This document shows, one piece after another, positions 18,243 to 29,859 of a stretch of DNA of 64,000 bases. The stretch comes from Candidatus Latescibacterota bacterium (GTDB lineage: Bacteria > Latescibacterota > UBA2968). The notes below the pieces were generated by a model that searched no databases, was not told the origin of the DNA, and worked only from the letters and a program-made list of their open reading frames with translations. The stretch's first letter is position 1; each line of letters begins with the position of its first letter. The stretch is from assembly GCA_965207885.1 (NCBI GenBank), contig OZ242311.1:1696001-1760000 (forward strand), written 5' to 3'. The translations under genes and the position numbers were made by a program.

Positions 18243-20948
18243 ATGGCCGATTCTGTCGCACCAGGTACATTTCGCGATACCGATCCCATCGAAACCGAAG
18301 AATGGATCGAATCACTGGCTTATGTTCTGCAAAACGGAGGTCACGACCGCGTGCGCTATTTGCTCGACCGCCTCGAACAAGAAGCACAAAAAAGTCTGGG
18401 CGTTGACATTCCCTTCGCATCCCATACGCCTTATATCAACACCATCTCCCGCGACAAACAACTGCCCTATCCGGGCGACCGCGAAATCGAGCGCCGCATA
18501 AAAAGTCTCGTGCGCTGGAATGCCATGGCCATGGTCACCCGTGCCAACAAAGAAGCCGACGGCATTGGCGGTCACATCTCCACCTTTGCATCGGCTGCCA
18601 CGCTATATGAAGTGGGTCAAAATCACTTCTTCAAAGCGTCCAATGGCGACTACTCCGGGGACCAGGTCTTTTTTCAGGGCCATGCCTCGCCCGGCATGTA
18701 TGCCCGCGCCTTCCTCGAAGGTCGGCTGAGCACCGAACACCTCGAAAACTTCCGCCGAGAACTCCGCAATCCCGGCGGCCTATCTTCCTATCCCCACCCC
18801 TATCTCATGCCCGACTTCTGGCAATTCCCCACGGTATCCATGGGACTTGGTCCCCTCGTGGGCATCTTCCAGGCTCGCTTCAACCGATACCTCGAAGACC
18901 GCGGTCTCAAATCGACTCGCGACTCCAAAGTCTGGGTCTTCGTCGGCGACGGCGAAACAGACGAACCCGAAACCCTCGGCGCCATCAGCCTGGCCACCCG
19001 CGAACAACTCGACAACCTCATCTTTGTGATCAATTGCAACCTGCAACGCCTCGACGGTCCCGTGCGCGGCAATAGCAAAATCATCCAGGAACTCGAACAA
19101 GTCTTTCGCGGCGCTGGCTGGAATGTCATCAAAGTTATATGGGGAGACGATTGGGACGCACTACTCGAAAAAGACACTCAGGGCCTGCTTCAGGAACGCA
19201 TGGAAGAAGTCGTCGATGGTCAATACCAAAAATACACCGTCGAATCCGGCGAATACATCCGCCATGACTTTTTTGGCACCCATCCCGACCTCCTCAAAAT
19301 GGTCGAACACCTCTCGGACGAACAACTCCAAAAATTGCGTCGCGGGGGTCACGATCCCGAAAAAGTGTACGCCGCCTTCAAAGCCGCCGTGGAACACAAG
19401 GGCGCACCAACTGTTATCCTGGCCAAAACCATCAAAGGCTATGGCCTGGGCGAAGCTGGCGAAGGCCGCAACATGACCCACCAGCAAAAAAAGCTCGAAG
19501 AAGACGAAATGCGAGAATTTAAGCGGCGCTTTGACATACCCATCTCTGACAGCGAAGTGGGCAAAGCACCCTTTTATCGTCCCCCCGAAGACAGTCCTGA
19601 AATGCAGTACTTGCAACAACGCCGAAACGAACTCGGCGGATATTTGCCCGCTCGAAGCGTTCGAGCCAAACCCATTCAAGCACCCTCGCGCGAGGTATTT
19701 GACGAAGCCTTCAAAGGTACAGGCGACCGCCAGGCCTCTACGACCATGGCTTTTGCGCGTCTGTTTGCCAAACTCGCTCGCGATAAAGACATCGGCAAAC
19801 TGCTCGTTCCCATCATCCCGGACGAAGCCCGCACCTTTGGTATGGATTCCCTATTTCGGCAACTCGGCATCTACTCACACATGGGGCAGATATACGAACC
19901 CGTTGACGCGGGCAACATCAGCTACTATAGGGAAGCACAAGACGGCCAAATACTCGAAGAAGGCATCAACGAAGCCGGTGCCATGTCCTCATTCATCTGC
20001 GCTGGCACAGCTTATGCCACACACGGCGTCAACACCATCCCATTCTACATCTACTATTCCATGTTCGGATTTCAGCGCGTGGGCGACCTCATGTGGCTGG
20101 CCGGCGATATCCGCTGCAAGGGCTTTCTCTTAGGCGGAACAGCTGGACGCACCACGCTCAACGGCGAAGGTCTCCAGCACGAAGACGGACACAGCCATAT
20201 TCTCGCCTCATCTGTTCCCAACTGTATTGCCTACGACCCTGCCTATGCTTACGAGATTGCCATCATCATCCAGGACGGCATTCGACGCATGTACCAGGAA
20301 CAGGAAGATGTTTATTACTACATGACTCTGGGCAATGAAAACTACGAACACCCCCCCATGCCCAAAGGCGTTGAAGAAGGCATCGTCAAAGGCATTTATC
20401 CGCTCAAGACGCACGAAACACAACAGGGCCAGCATAAAGTTCAGCTCTTTGGCAGTGCATCCATCCTTCGCGAAACCCTGCGCGCGCAAGAAATCCTCGC
20501 CGCCGAATACAATATTTCTGCCGACGTGTGGAGCGTCACCTCATACAAAGAATTGCGGCGAGACGCGCTTGAGACCGAGCGGTGGAACATGCTGCATCCA
20601 ACGCGGCGAAAGAAAAAGCCGTATATCGTCAAAGTACTCGAAAAAACCGATGGCCCAATCGTCGCTGCCTCCGATTACATGAAAGCCCTACCCGAAATGA
20701 TCCGCCCCTGGGTACCCGAAGACATGATGGTCCTCGGCACAGATGGATTTGGACGCAGCGACACGCGCCAGGCTCTGCGTCGGCATTTTGAAGTTGACGC
20801 CGAGTGCATCGCTGTGGGCGCGCTTTACGCCCTGGCAAAACAGGGGAAAATCAAACGCGAACAGGTCGCTACAGCCATCGACGAACTCGGCATTGACCCC
20901 GAGAAAATCGATCCCGTATCAGCAGGCCCCGTCACGACGTACTATTAA
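18243..20948 (+). CDS. aceE: Pyruvate dehydrogenase E1, homodimeric type
   Basis: GGHI.TFAS, QGHASPG.Y, WQFPTVSMGLG, GDGE.DEPE, NCNLQRLDGPV. Confidence 0.97.
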   Translation: MADSVAPGTFRDTDPIETEEWIESLAYVLQNGGHDRVRYLLDRLEQEAQKSLGVDIPFASHTPYINTISRDKQLPYPGDREIERRIKSLVRWNAMAMVTRANKEADGIGGHISTFASAATLYEVGQNHFFKASNGDYSGDQVFFQGHASPGMYARAFLEGRLSTEHLENFRRELRNPGGLSSYPHPYLMPDFWQFPTVSMGLGPLVGIFQARFNRYLEDRGLKSTRDSKVWVFVGDGETDEPETLGAISLATREQLDNLIFVINCNLQRLDGPVRGNSKIIQELEQVFRGAGWNVIKVIWGDDWDALLEKDTQGLLQERMEEVVDGQYQKYTVESGEYIRHDFFGTHPDLLKMVEHLSDEQLQKLRRGGHDPEKVYAAFKAAVEHKGAPTVILAKTIKGYGLGEAGEGRNMTHQQKKLEEDEMREFKRRFDIPISDSEVGKAPFYRPPEDSPEMQYLQQRRNELGGYLPARSVRAKPIQAPSREVFDEAFKGTGDRQASTTMAFARLFAKLARDKDIGKLLVPIIPDEARTFGMDSLFRQLGIYSHMGQIYEPVDAGNISYYREAQDGQILEEGINEAGAMSSFICAGTAYATHGVNTIPFYIYYSMFGFQRVGDLMWLAGDIRCKGFLLGGTAGRTTLNGEGLQHEDGHSHILASSVPNCIAYDPAYAYEIAIIIQDGIRRMYQEQEDVYYYMTLGNENYEHPPMPKGVEEGIVKGIYPLKTHETQQGQHKVQLFGSASILRETLRAQEILAAEYNISADVWSVTSYKELRRDALETERWNMLHPTRRKKKPYIVKVLEKTDGPIVAASDYMKALPEMIRPWVPEDMMVLGTDGFGRSDTRQALRRHFEVDAECIAVGALYALAKQGKIKREQVATAIDELGIDPEKIDPVSAGPVTTYY

Positions 20949-20973
20949 CTCAATCCGCGATTAAGGAGGTCTC

Positions 20974-22239
20974 GTGGCAACCGAATTTAAACTTCCCGAT
21001 CTCGGCGAAGGTGTAGAAGCCGGCGATGTAGTCAGCGTACTTGTTGCCGAAGGCGACACTATTGAAATTGATCAGAGCGTAGTCGAGCTCGAAACCGACA
21101 AAGCCCTCGTTGAAGTACCCAGCAGTGTTGCTGGCACCATCACAAAAATACACATTAGTGCCGGAGACCGCGTACCCGTGGGCAGCTTATTGATCTCCGT
21201 TGAAGAAGGCGAACAACAAGTCACAGCGGACCCTGAGCCGGAAGCCGAAGCACCAGCTCCTGCACCAGAAGAAAAGCCCGAACCCACCGCCAGAGCACCC
21301 GAACCAACACCTCCCGCACCCAGACCACCAGCACCCACATCAAACGGCGATCCCATTCCCGCAGCGCCATCCACGCGGCGGCTCGCGCGAGAACTCGGCG
21401 TAGATCTCACCCAGATCGCTGGCTCTGGCCCCGGTGGACGCATCTCACAAGACGATATCAAAGCCGCTGTACGCGACCGGCAAACAGGTGGTATTGCGCC
21501 AACAGCACCCGTCGAATTGCCCGACTTCTCGAGATGGGGCAACATCGAACGCCAACCCCTCAGCAAAGTTCGGCAGATTATAGCAAAAAATATGAGCCAG
21601 GCCTGGCAACAGGTGGCTCATGTCACGCAATTTGATCGCGCAGACGTCACAGACCTCGAGGCATTTCGGCAGCGCAACAAAGAAAAAGCCGAAGCACTGG
21701 GTGCCAAACTGACGCCAACGGTCCTCGCGCTAAAAGCAATCATCACCGCGCTCAAGACCTTTCCGCAATTCAACGCCAGCCTCGATGCGGGGACCAATGA
21801 GATTATTCTCAAACACTACTACAACCTCGGCATCGCAGTTGACACCGAGCGCGGCTTACTCGTTCCCGTCATCAAAGACGTCGATCGCAAAGACATCCTG
21901 GAATTAGCTCTCGAACTCGGCGACATCAGCAACCGCGCGCGCACCAGCAAAATTGGCCTCGACGAACTACAAGGAGGCACATTCACCGTCACCAACCTGG
22001 GCAGCCTGGGCGTGGGCGAATTTACCCCCATCGTCAACCATCCCGAAGTTGCAATATTAGGACTCGGACGCGCCAGAGAAGAAGCCACCGTACGCGAAGG
22101 GCGCATTGAACCCCGCCTCATCATGCCTTTGGCACTATCTTATGATCACCGCGTTATCGACGGCGCCGATGGTGCGCGATTCATGCGAAAAATCGTCGAT
22201 GCGCTCGAAAACCCGGAACTCATGCTCATGGGCGGATAA
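20974..22239 (+). CDS. aceF: Dihydrolipoamide acetyltransferase E2 (single lipoyl domain)
   Basis: ETDKA lipoyl motif, P/A-rich linker, DHRVIDGA. Confidence 0.93.
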   Translation: MATEFKLPDLGEGVEAGDVVSVLVAEGDTIEIDQSVVELETDKALVEVPSSVAGTITKIHISAGDRVPVGSLLISVEEGEQQVTADPEPEAEAPAPAPEEKPEPTARAPEPTPPAPRPPAPTSNGDPIPAAPSTRRLARELGVDLTQIAGSGPGGRISQDDIKAAVRDRQTGGIAPTAPVELPDFSRWGNIERQPLSKVRQIIAKNMSQAWQQVAHVTQFDRADVTDLEAFRQRNKEKAEALGAKLTPTVLALKAIITALKTFPQFNASLDAGTNEIILKHYYNLGIAVDTERGLLVPVIKDVDRKDILELALELGDISNRARTSKIGLDELQGGTFTVTNLGSLGVGEFTPIVNHPEVAILGLGRAREEATVREGRIEPRLIMPLALSYDHRVIDGADGARFMRKIVDALENPELMLMGG

Positions 22240-22253
22240 ACTGGAGAAATCAC

Positions 22254-23666
22254 ATGGCCGAAACGCACAAAACCGATCTCCTCGTAATCGGCGGCGGTCC
22301 CGGCGGATATACAGCGGCCTTTCGCGCTGCTGACCTGGGCTTGCAAGTTACCCTCGTCAATGCCGACGACAACCTCGGTGGCACCTGTTTATTACGCGGA
22401 TGCATCCCATCCAAAGCCCTGCTCCACGTTGCCGAACTCATCACCGAAGCCAGTGAAGCCAGAACGTATGGCCTCACCTTTGGCGATCCCAAAATCGATC
22501 TGGACGCCCTGCGAGGCTGGAAAGACAACATCATCAACCGCCTCTCAACTGGACTGTCTGGCCTGGTGCGCCAGCGCAAAGTCACCCACCTGACGGGCTA
22601 CGCGCAATTTGAGAATTCGCAAAGCGCGTCTATCGAAGGCGATGGGGATATCGATCGCGTAGAATTTGAACACGCCATCATCGCCACGGGCTCACGCCCT
22701 GTCGCCCTTCCAATTTTTGCGCTCGACACACCGCGCATTTTGGACTCGACAACAGCACTCGACCTCGACGAAATACCCAAAAGCCTCCTCGTCGTAGGCG
22801 GGGGCATCATCGGCCTCGAACTCGGCAGTGTTTACGCGGCATTGGGAAGCGCCGTCACAGTCGTCGAAATGACCGACACCCTCTTGCCCGGCACCGACCC
22901 CGACCTGGTCAAACCCCTCGAAACCCGATTGCGTCAGGCATTCAGCGCCATACACACCAGCACGCGCGTCACGCATATCGAAGAAGTCAACACCGGTATT
23001 GAAGTACACTGGGAAGGCGAAGAATCGAAAACATCCGAAATATTCGACCGCGTCCTCCTCTGCATTGGCCGACGCCCAAATACAGATAATATCGGCCTTG
23101 AAAACACGGACATTGTACCCAACGATCAGGGATTCATCGAAGTCGATTCACAAATGCGTACAAACGACCCTCGCCTCTTTGCAATCGGCGACGCCGTCCC
23201 AGGTCCCGGCCTCGCCCATAAAGCCGCGCACGAAGGCAAAATCGCCGCCGAAATTCTCGCCGGTGAACCCGCGTCTTTTGACGCACTAATACCCTCAGTT
23301 GTGTACACCGATCCCGAAATTGCATGGGTGGGCCTGACCGAAACCGACGCTCTCAAACAAGACCGCAAAGTCGATATCGTGCGCTTCCCCTGGGCTGCCC
23401 TGGGCAAAGCGCATGCCATTGGGCGCATCGAAGGCCAGACCAAGCTCATTGTCGATCCCTATACCCAACGCGTACTCGGCATGGGCATCGTGGGACCAAA
23501 CGCGGGCGACCTCATCGCCGAAGGCGTGCTCGCCATTGAAATGGCTGCCGTTGCAGAAGACATTGCCCACACCATTCACCCCCACCCCTCCCTCGCCGAA
23601 TCCATCGGCATTGCCTCAGAAATCCACCTCGGCTCTGCGACCGACGTGTACATGCCCAAAAAATAA
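22254..23666 (+). CDS. lpdA: Dihydrolipoyl dehydrogenase
   Basis: GGGPGGY, GGTCL.RGCIPSK, HPHPSL.E. Confidence 0.96.
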   Translation: MAETHKTDLLVIGGGPGGYTAAFRAADLGLQVTLVNADDNLGGTCLLRGCIPSKALLHVAELITEASEARTYGLTFGDPKIDLDALRGWKDNIINRLSTGLSGLVRQRKVTHLTGYAQFENSQSASIEGDGDIDRVEFEHAIIATGSRPVALPIFALDTPRILDSTTALDLDEIPKSLLVVGGGIIGLELGSVYAALGSAVTVVEMTDTLLPGTDPDLVKPLETRLRQAFSAIHTSTRVTHIEEVNTGIEVHWEGEESKTSEIFDRVLLCIGRRPNTDNIGLENTDIVPNDQGFIEVDSQMRTNDPRLFAIGDAVPGPGLAHKAAHEGKIAAEILAGEPASFDALIPSVVYTDPEIAWVGLTETDALKQDRKVDIVRFPWAALGKAHAIGRIEGQTKLIVDPYTQRVLGMGIVGPNAGDLIAEGVLAIEMAAVAEDIAHTIHPHPSLAESIGIASEIHLGSATDVYMPKK

Positions 23667-23678
23667 AGACAACGCGAT

Positions 23679-24083
23679 TCAGGCCATCCAGTTTTCTACA
23701 GTTAAATTTGGAACACGCCTGAATTCATTTGCATTATTGGTGACAACAATACAATCCAACGACAGCGCATGTGCAGCGATCAGAGTATCTAACGGTCCGA
23801 TTGGCTGGCCTTGCTTTTCCAAATGGCTGCGGATAAAACCGTATTGTTGTGCAGCCCGAGCATCATAAGATACAATTTGAAGCGGTACCAGAAAATGGGT
23901 CAATGCAAAGCGATTTCGATCTCTATTTTCACTCTTTTCAACACCGTATTCCAATTCGCTCAAAGTGACAGAAGAAATTCCAATATCTGCTACATCCATC
24001 ATCCGAAATTTTTGAATAATCTGGATGGGCTTTTTTTTCATTATATAGATACAGATATCAGTATCGAGCATATAACGCATCAC
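23679..24083 (-). CDS. vapC: VapC PIN toxin
   Basis: YMLDTDICIY, EL.YG, IG.LDTLIAAHA, VTNN..EF.RV..L.VENW. Confidence 0.93.
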   Translation of the reverse strand: MMRYMLDTDICIYIMKKKPIQIIQKFRMMDVADIGISSVTLSELEYGVEKSENRDRNRFALTHFLVPLQIVSYDARAAQQYGFIRSHLEKQGQPIGPLDTLIAAHALSLDCIVVTNNANEFRRVPNLTVENWMA

Positions 24084-24310
24084 AAATTATCTCGCGTTTG
24101 TTGTTCCGCAGGCTGATTGCGTTCTGCCATGAAATCATCGCTAAACATATCTAAGCTTTCAATAAGGGGTGCCCAGGGATCATCTCGAGGCAAAAGAACA
24201 ACCATCTTTCCCAATCGCTTGATATAGACTTCGGAGCCCTCAAAACGAAATTCCTTTGGCAAGCGAACAGCCTGACTTCTTCCATTTGCAAATAGTTTCG
24301 CCGTTTTCAT
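24080..24310 (-). CDS. vapB: VapB (AbrB-type) antitoxin
   Basis: TAKLF.NGRSQAVRLPKEFRF. Confidence 0.93.
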   Translation of the reverse strand: MKTAKLFANGRSQAVRLPKEFRFEGSEVYIKRLGKMVVLLPRDDPWAPLIESLDMFSDDFMAERNQPAEQQTRDNL

Positions 24311-24343
24311 ATCTATCTCCCGTCAGAGTTATTTGACACATTT

Positions 24344-24384
24344 GATATATACCGAAGTATATATCTTTTTTAATTTCATATCAA
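24344..24384 (-). promoter_or_regulatory. vapBC promoter with overlapping autoregulatory operator
   Basis: Minus-strand TTGATA-17-TATACT; perfect inverted repeat GATATATAC-cgaa-GTATATATC (24344-24365) over the -10 box. Confidence 0.75.
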
Positions 24385-24411
24385 GAGCTATCGTGTAAAA
24401 ATCTCCTACCC

Positions 24412-25830
24412 CTAACGGCTGTCTTCTTCCAGATCCCGATACTGCACCTGCAACCTTCGCAACTCGGCCTTCAACTCCACCACCAGATCTGCATACGCCT
24501 CATCTCCGTACACATTTCGCAATTCATCGGGATCCTCTTGCAAATCGAACAACTCCCAGTAATCGCCCTCGACATAATATTCAATCAACTTGTAGCGGTC
24601 TGTACGCACGCCGCGGTGCGGGCCAATGCGGTGCGGTGTAAAATACTGGAACGACGGCTCTGACATCGCCTCTACCCCCTTGCCGTGCAACACCCATGAA
24701 TCTTCAAAATAGGCGTAATAAACAGACGTACGCCAATCATCGGGTTCTGTCCCCTGGAGTAACGGACGCAAACTCTCTCCCTGCACGCCTTCGGGAATTT
24801 CCACGCCCGCAAAATCCAGAATCGTCGGCGCAAAATCCACATTCATCACCAGCGCATCGGTCACATTCCCGCTTATACCCCCATTTGGATAGCGCACCAC
24901 CAGCGGAATGCGAATCGACGGCTCGTACATAAACCGCTTGTCGTACCATCCGTAATCGCCCAAAAAATACCCGTGATCCGACGTGTAAATCACCAGCGTA
25001 TCGTCAGCCCAACCCGTCTCATCCAGATAATCCAGCACCCGCCCCAGGTTCTCATCCACACCGTAAATCGTGCGATACCGATCCTTCATAAAACGCTGAT
25101 AAATCCAGTCCTTCTTTTCCCCTTCACTCAAACCCTCGGGTATATCGTCGTAATCGGGCGCCAGACTAATATCAAACTTCATATCTTCAGCCAGAGCCGC
25201 AATCTTCCGCGTCGCAAAATCATCGCCATACGTCTCCGGCTGGGGAATCTCGACATCCTCAAAAAGATGCGCGTGTCGAGGTGCAGGCGTAAACGGACGA
25301 TGTGGTGCCTTAAACTGATACACCAGACAGAAAGGCTGTTCCCCATCCAACCCCCTCAAAAATTCAAGCGCCATATCCGTCGTTATATCCGTGGCATACC
25401 CCTCCTTTACGATCTCCTTTCCATCATCGATATACGTCGGATCAAAATACACGCCCTGCCCGGGATGAATACACCACGTATCAAACCCACGCGGATCCTG
25501 CCGGATATGATACTTGCCAAACAACGCGGTCTTGTATCCCGCATCGCGAAGCAACTCGGGAAACGTCGGCACATTTGGATCCAGAAACTCAATCGCATCG
25601 GCTCTCTCAGAATTTCCACGAATACCGTGGACATGTGAAAAACATCCCGTCAGCACCGTGCCCCGCGCAGGCGCGCACAGCGCATTGGTCGAAAAACAAT
25701 TGTTAAACCGCGTACCCTCATTCCCAATGCGATCCAGATTGGGCGTATGCAAAATCGGATTCCCATAACTGCTCATCTCGCGCGGCGTGTGGTCATCGGT
25801 CATCACAAACAAAATATTCGGTCGCTTCAT
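24412..25830 (-). CDS. Sulfatase
   Basis: RPNILF..TDD, CAPARG (CxPxR), GKYH, SDHG, YDKR.MYE.S.RIP. Confidence 0.93.
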   Translation of the reverse strand: MKRPNILFVMTDDHTPREMSSYGNPILHTPNLDRIGNEGTRFNNCFSTNALCAPARGTVLTGCFSHVHGIRGNSERADAIEFLDPNVPTFPELLRDAGYKTALFGKYHIRQDPRGFDTWCIHPGQGVYFDPTYIDDGKEIVKEGYATDITTDMALEFLRGLDGEQPFCLVYQFKAPHRPFTPAPRHAHLFEDVEIPQPETYGDDFATRKIAALAEDMKFDISLAPDYDDIPEGLSEGEKKDWIYQRFMKDRYRTIYGVDENLGRVLDYLDETGWADDTLVIYTSDHGYFLGDYGWYDKRFMYEPSIRIPLVVRYPNGGISGNVTDALVMNVDFAPTILDFAGVEIPEGVQGESLRPLLQGTEPDDWRTSVYYAYFEDSWVLHGKGVEAMSEPSFQYFTPHRIGPHRGVRTDRYKLIEYYVEGDYWELFDLQEDPDELRNVYGDEAYADLVVELKAELRRLQVQYRDLEEDSR

Positions 25831-25840
25831 CTTCGCTCCT

Positions 25841-26353
25841 TCACAAGTTATCAACAAAAGACTTCAACTCTCGATAATACCGCAATTTCTCAACCCTCGG
25901 CATGGGCAGCGCACCGCTCGTTGACGGGGCGAGAAACAGCTTCGCGCCTTCCAACAACTCATCTTGCAAACCGTAATCTCGCTTCCCGCCCATCACTTTG
26001 GCGTATCCGCTCTTCCCATTAAAACAAATCACCGCGGGCCGATACCTCTGCATTTTTTCTCGCAACAATTCAAAACCCGACACATAATCGCCATCCGTCA
26101 GATCTCCAATCCCCCGCGTCGCTCGCCCCTTCACAATATCTGTCAGCCCGATATTATAATCCAAAATAGTCGCATCTTCCCGAGGCTCCAACAAGCGATC
26201 TGTCAGCCCGGCCTCGTACAAAAACGGCCAAAACTGATTGCCACGCCCCGCGTAATAATGACCAATTTCCGCGGACTTTAAGCTGGGATTAAACCCCACA
26301 AACACCAGATCCAGTCCCACGCGCAAATAATCCTGCAACATATAGTCAGCCAT
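25841..26353 (-). CDS. mug: Mismatch-specific uracil-DNA glycosylase
   Basis: VG.NP...S...GHYYA..GNQFW, GLTD, PSTSG. Confidence 0.88.
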   Translation of the reverse strand: MADYMLQDYLRVGLDLVFVGFNPSLKSAEIGHYYAGRGNQFWPFLYEAGLTDRLLEPREDATILDYNIGLTDIVKGRATRGIGDLTDGDYVSGFELLREKMQRYRPAVICFNGKSGYAKVMGGKRDYGLQDELLEGAKLFLAPSTSGALPMPRVEKLRYYRELKSFVDNL

Positions 26354-26446
26354 ATTCCACACCCTTGTTGACACATCTCCCACAATTCGGTTAAATTACA
26401 ACCTCGGAAAAATAAGACAAAGTTCATCTACGAAAGGAAATCTTCA

Positions 26447-28153
26447 ATGGCAAAACTGAATAAGTACAGCTCACAGATCACCCAGAGAAAATCCCAGGGC
26501 GGATCTCAGGCCATGCTCTATGCCACCGGACTGACGCGCGCCGACATGGACAAAGCGCAGGTCGGCATCGCCTCGGTCTGGTACGAAGGCAACCCGTGTA
26601 ACATGCACCTCAACGACCTCGCAGCCGAAACCAAAAAAGGCGTCACCGAATCCGGATGCGTTGGCATGCGCTTCAACACCATCGGCGTATCCGATGGCAT
26701 ATCCATGGGCACAGACGGCATGTCCTTCTCCCTTCAATCCCGCGACCTCATAGCCGACTCTATCGAAACCCTCATGGGCGCACAATGGTACGATGGCCTG
26801 ATCGCACTGCCCGGCTGCGACAAAAACATGCCCGGCGTGGTCATGGCAATGGGCCGCCTCAACCGCCCTGCTCTTATGATCTACGGCGGCACAATAAAAC
26901 CAGGTTGCGCCACTATTCAAGGCGAAGAACGCAAACTCGACATCGTCTCCGCCTTTCAAAGCTACGGCGAATTTCTCACAGACTCGCTCAGCGATGCCGA
27001 ACGCCAGGAAATCGTCGAACATGCCTGCCCCGGTGCCGGTGCTTGTGGCGGCATGTACACCGCCAATACCATGGCCAGCGCCATCGAATGCATGGGCCTC
27101 TCCCTGCCCTATTCCTCCTGCACACCTGCCGAAGACCCCGACAAACACGCCGAATGCATTCTCGCCGGTCACGCTGTACGCGCCCTGCTCGAAGCCGACC
27201 TCAAACCGCGCGACATCGTCACCAAACAATCATTCCTCAACGCCATTCGCCTCGCCGTTGTCACGGGCGGCTCCACCAATATCGTACTCCACCTGCTCGC
27301 GATTGCCAGAGCTTATGACATAGACCTCGACATCGATGAATTTCAACACATATCCAACGAAACACCCCTCCTGTGTGACCTCAAACCCTCTGGGCGTTAC
27401 GTCATGGAAGAGCTTCACGACATCGGCGGAACACCCGCAATGATGAAACTCCTCCTCGACGCCAATCTCATCGACGGCGACCAGATGACAGTAACGGGCA
27501 AAACAATTGCCGAAAATCTCGCCGACATAAAAGCCCTTCCCCCTTATGGCACGGGTGAAGGACAGCAAGATATCGTAAGCCCCTTTAATGACCCCATCAA
27601 GCCAACGGGGCATCTGCAAATTTTGCGTGGGAATTTGGCACCGGAAGGTTCAGTCGGAAAAATCACGGGCAAAGAAGGCGAGGTATTCAAAGGCGCGGCC
27701 AATGTATTCGACTGCGAGGAAGACATGCTCGCCGCCCTCGAACAGGGCAAAATCGAAAAAGGCAATGTCATCATCATCCGCTACGAAGGACCCAAAGGCG
27801 GGCCCGGCATGCCGGAAATGCTCACCCCCACATCCGCACTGGCCGGCGCAGGGCTGGTACAGGATGTCGCCCTCATTACCGATGGGCGTTTTTCGGGCGG
27901 ATCGCACGGCTTTCTCATCGGCCACGTCGTTCCCGAAGCCATCGAAGGCGGACCCATCGCCCTCGTCCAAACCGGCGACCAGATCACCATCGACAGCCAA
28001 AACGGAGAGATCAACATGGACGTCTCTGCCGAAGAGCTCGAAAAACGCCGTGCAGCCTGGACCCAACCGCCGTACAAAGCCAACCGCGGCACCCTTTATA
28101 AATACATCAAAAACGTAAAAACGGCTTCGGAGGGATGTGTTACAGACGAGTAA
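26447..28153 (+). CDS. ilvD: Dihydroxy-acid dehydratase
   Basis: [52 protein letters not shown]. Confidence 0.97.
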   Translation: MAKLNKYSSQITQRKSQGGSQAMLYATGLTRADMDKAQVGIASVWYEGNPCNMHLNDLAAETKKGVTESGCVGMRFNTIGVSDGISMGTDGMSFSLQSRDLIADSIETLMGAQWYDGLIALPGCDKNMPGVVMAMGRLNRPALMIYGGTIKPGCATIQGEERKLDIVSAFQSYGEFLTDSLSDAERQEIVEHACPGAGACGGMYTANTMASAIECMGLSLPYSSCTPAEDPDKHAECILAGHAVRALLEADLKPRDIVTKQSFLNAIRLAVVTGGSTNIVLHLLAIARAYDIDLDIDEFQHISNETPLLCDLKPSGRYVMEELHDIGGTPAMMKLLLDANLIDGDQMTVTGKTIAENLADIKALPPYGTGEGQQDIVSPFNDPIKPTGHLQILRGNLAPEGSVGKITGKEGEVFKGAANVFDCEEDMLAALEQGKIEKGNVIIIRYEGPKGGPGMPEMLTPTSALAGAGLVQDVALITDGRFSGGSHGFLIGHVVPEAIEGGPIALVQTGDQITIDSQNGEINMDVSAEELEKRRAAWTQPPYKANRGTLYKYIKNVKTASEGCVTDE

Positions 28154-28981
28154 TCAAACCCCATTTTCCACAAGCTCTTTGAGCGGCACATCTCCCGCTT
28201 GCGGAATATAAAAACTGAGCGGATCGGAGACCACACCTAAGAGTTGTTTTTGAATGGGATTTGCGCGGGCAACGAGTTCATCGGGCATATTGATATAATC
28301 CATAGGCTTGACCCAGCGATATGCATAACCCACAAAAACGGTCTTGCGCGGAAAACCCGACCAATTTCTGCCAATGCCGTGATAGGTGCGCTGTTCAAAA
28401 ATAAATGCCGACCCCGCTTTGACATTCATATTGATCGCCCCCCTCGGATGACCCGTCGCCGGATCAATCGCCGGTCTGCCAAATAGCCGATTGCTCCCGG
28501 GCACGAGTTGCGTCGCCCCCGATGCAGGATCTGTCTGATCGCTGATGGCGTAGGCAATTTTGAGCAAAATACGCGGATGGGGTTCGGTCATCTCCCTGGA
28601 AGACGAACCGCCATCGCGGTGATACCCGCCCTTGCGCTTCACTTCTTCGGAAGGCTCTGGACCAGACGGCAAAACAATGAGATGCGAAGTAATCATCTGG
28701 ATATTCCAGTTGAGAATCTGCCATGCCAGAGGTGCCGTGGTCGGCCAGTCGAGCAACTGAAGAAAAGCATCGTGATGCACAATGCAGTTTCGCAAATTGA
28801 GCTTGCCAGTTTTCTCCAGGCGACCCTCAACCTTTTCCCGGTCGTAAATTTCATCAGTCGCCGCATTGAGTTCGGCGACAACATCGGGCGGCAGCGCATC
28901 TTCGATCAAGAGATACCCATTGTCCTCAAAAAACTGCTGCTGTTCATCTGTGAGAACAGCCCAATCGGATTGAACAGTCAT
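28154..28981 (-). CDS. Phytanoyl-CoA dioxygenase (PhyH) family protein
   Basis: LT..Q..FF..NGYL, HRD, VPGS, distal His; AAGGAG RBS. Confidence 0.85.
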   Translation of the reverse strand: MTVQSDWAVLTDEQQQFFEDNGYLLIEDALPPDVVAELNAATDEIYDREKVEGRLEKTGKLNLRNCIVHHDAFLQLLDWPTTAPLAWQILNWNIQMITSHLIVLPSGPEPSEEVKRKGGYHRDGGSSSREMTEPHPRILLKIAYAISDQTDPASGATQLVPGSNRLFGRPAIDPATGHPRGAINMNVKAGSAFIFEQRTYHGIGRNWSGFPRKTVFVGYAYRWVKPMDYINMPDELVARANPIQKQLLGVVSDPLSFYIPQAGDVPLKELVENGV

Positions 28982-29064
28982 AGCGATCATCTCCTTGTCA
29001 TGGACTCGCAAACATATCACAAACAAATTTACGACCTGAAACCACGCGAGGCAAGCCATACTTG

Positions 29065-29718
29065 CTATCTATTGAAACCCTTCCCATCCGAAATCATCCT
29101 GCGTATGCCATTAGCCACAACATCTATAGCTACTTGCACATCCTCTTCAAATGGCACAATCAAATCCGCGTAATCTCTCGTCGGCTCTGTATAGACGCGA
29201 TAATTGGGCACAACATCCCGGCGATACCAGGCCACCGCATCTTTTAGCGACATCCCACTCGACGTATTGCGCAACATGCGCCTGAGCACCCGCTCGTGTG
29301 TATCCACGTCTAAAAATAGCTTAATATCCAGTAAAGCCCTCAGAGCCTCTTGCGAAAAAATCAAGTGCCCTTCCACAATAATTAGTCTCTCAGGCACGAC
29401 CTTTTGGGGATCATCCCCCCGCCGAAAAGCCCGCGTACCGGGTGGTGGCATTTCAATCGCCTGCCCTTCCCGCAAACATTTCACATCCGCGATCAAAGGC
29501 TCCCACAGCACAGCCCGCGGATGGTTTGCCGTCCGCTTGAGCTCACGCTCGTCTTCTGGCAGCGCTGACCAATCGCGGAAATAGCTGTCCTGATTGAGCA
29601 CGACAGGTCCAAAATCTGCGAGCCTATCGGCCAGCATATCCGTAAAAGTCGTCTTGCCCGCGGCGGATCCCCCTGAAACGCCGATTACGATAGGCTTGAA
29701 TCCGTTTTTTTTATTCAT
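29065..29718 (-). CDS. Uridine kinase family protein
   Basis: IGVSGGSAAGKTT, QDSYF, HP, IIVEG, RVLRR..R, YADLIVP. Confidence 0.8.
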   Translation of the reverse strand: MNKKNGFKPIVIGVSGGSAAGKTTFTDMLADRLADFGPVVLNQDSYFRDWSALPEDERELKRTANHPRAVLWEPLIADVKCLREGQAIEMPPPGTRAFRRGDDPQKVVPERLIIVEGHLIFSQEALRALLDIKLFLDVDTHERVLRRMLRNTSSGMSLKDAVAWYRRDVVPNYRVYTEPTRDYADLIVPFEEDVQVAIDVVANGIRRMISDGKGFNR

Positions 29719-29859
29719 TTTGCAGCCCTATTGCAAAAAATAGACACATAGCTTATTATTTTCAGGCACTAAATATATGAGGGGTGTGCATAATTCTTGT
29801 GTTGTGGTGTAACGACGTATAGAGTTTTTTTAATATTTTTCTTTTCATGCGTGTGGCTA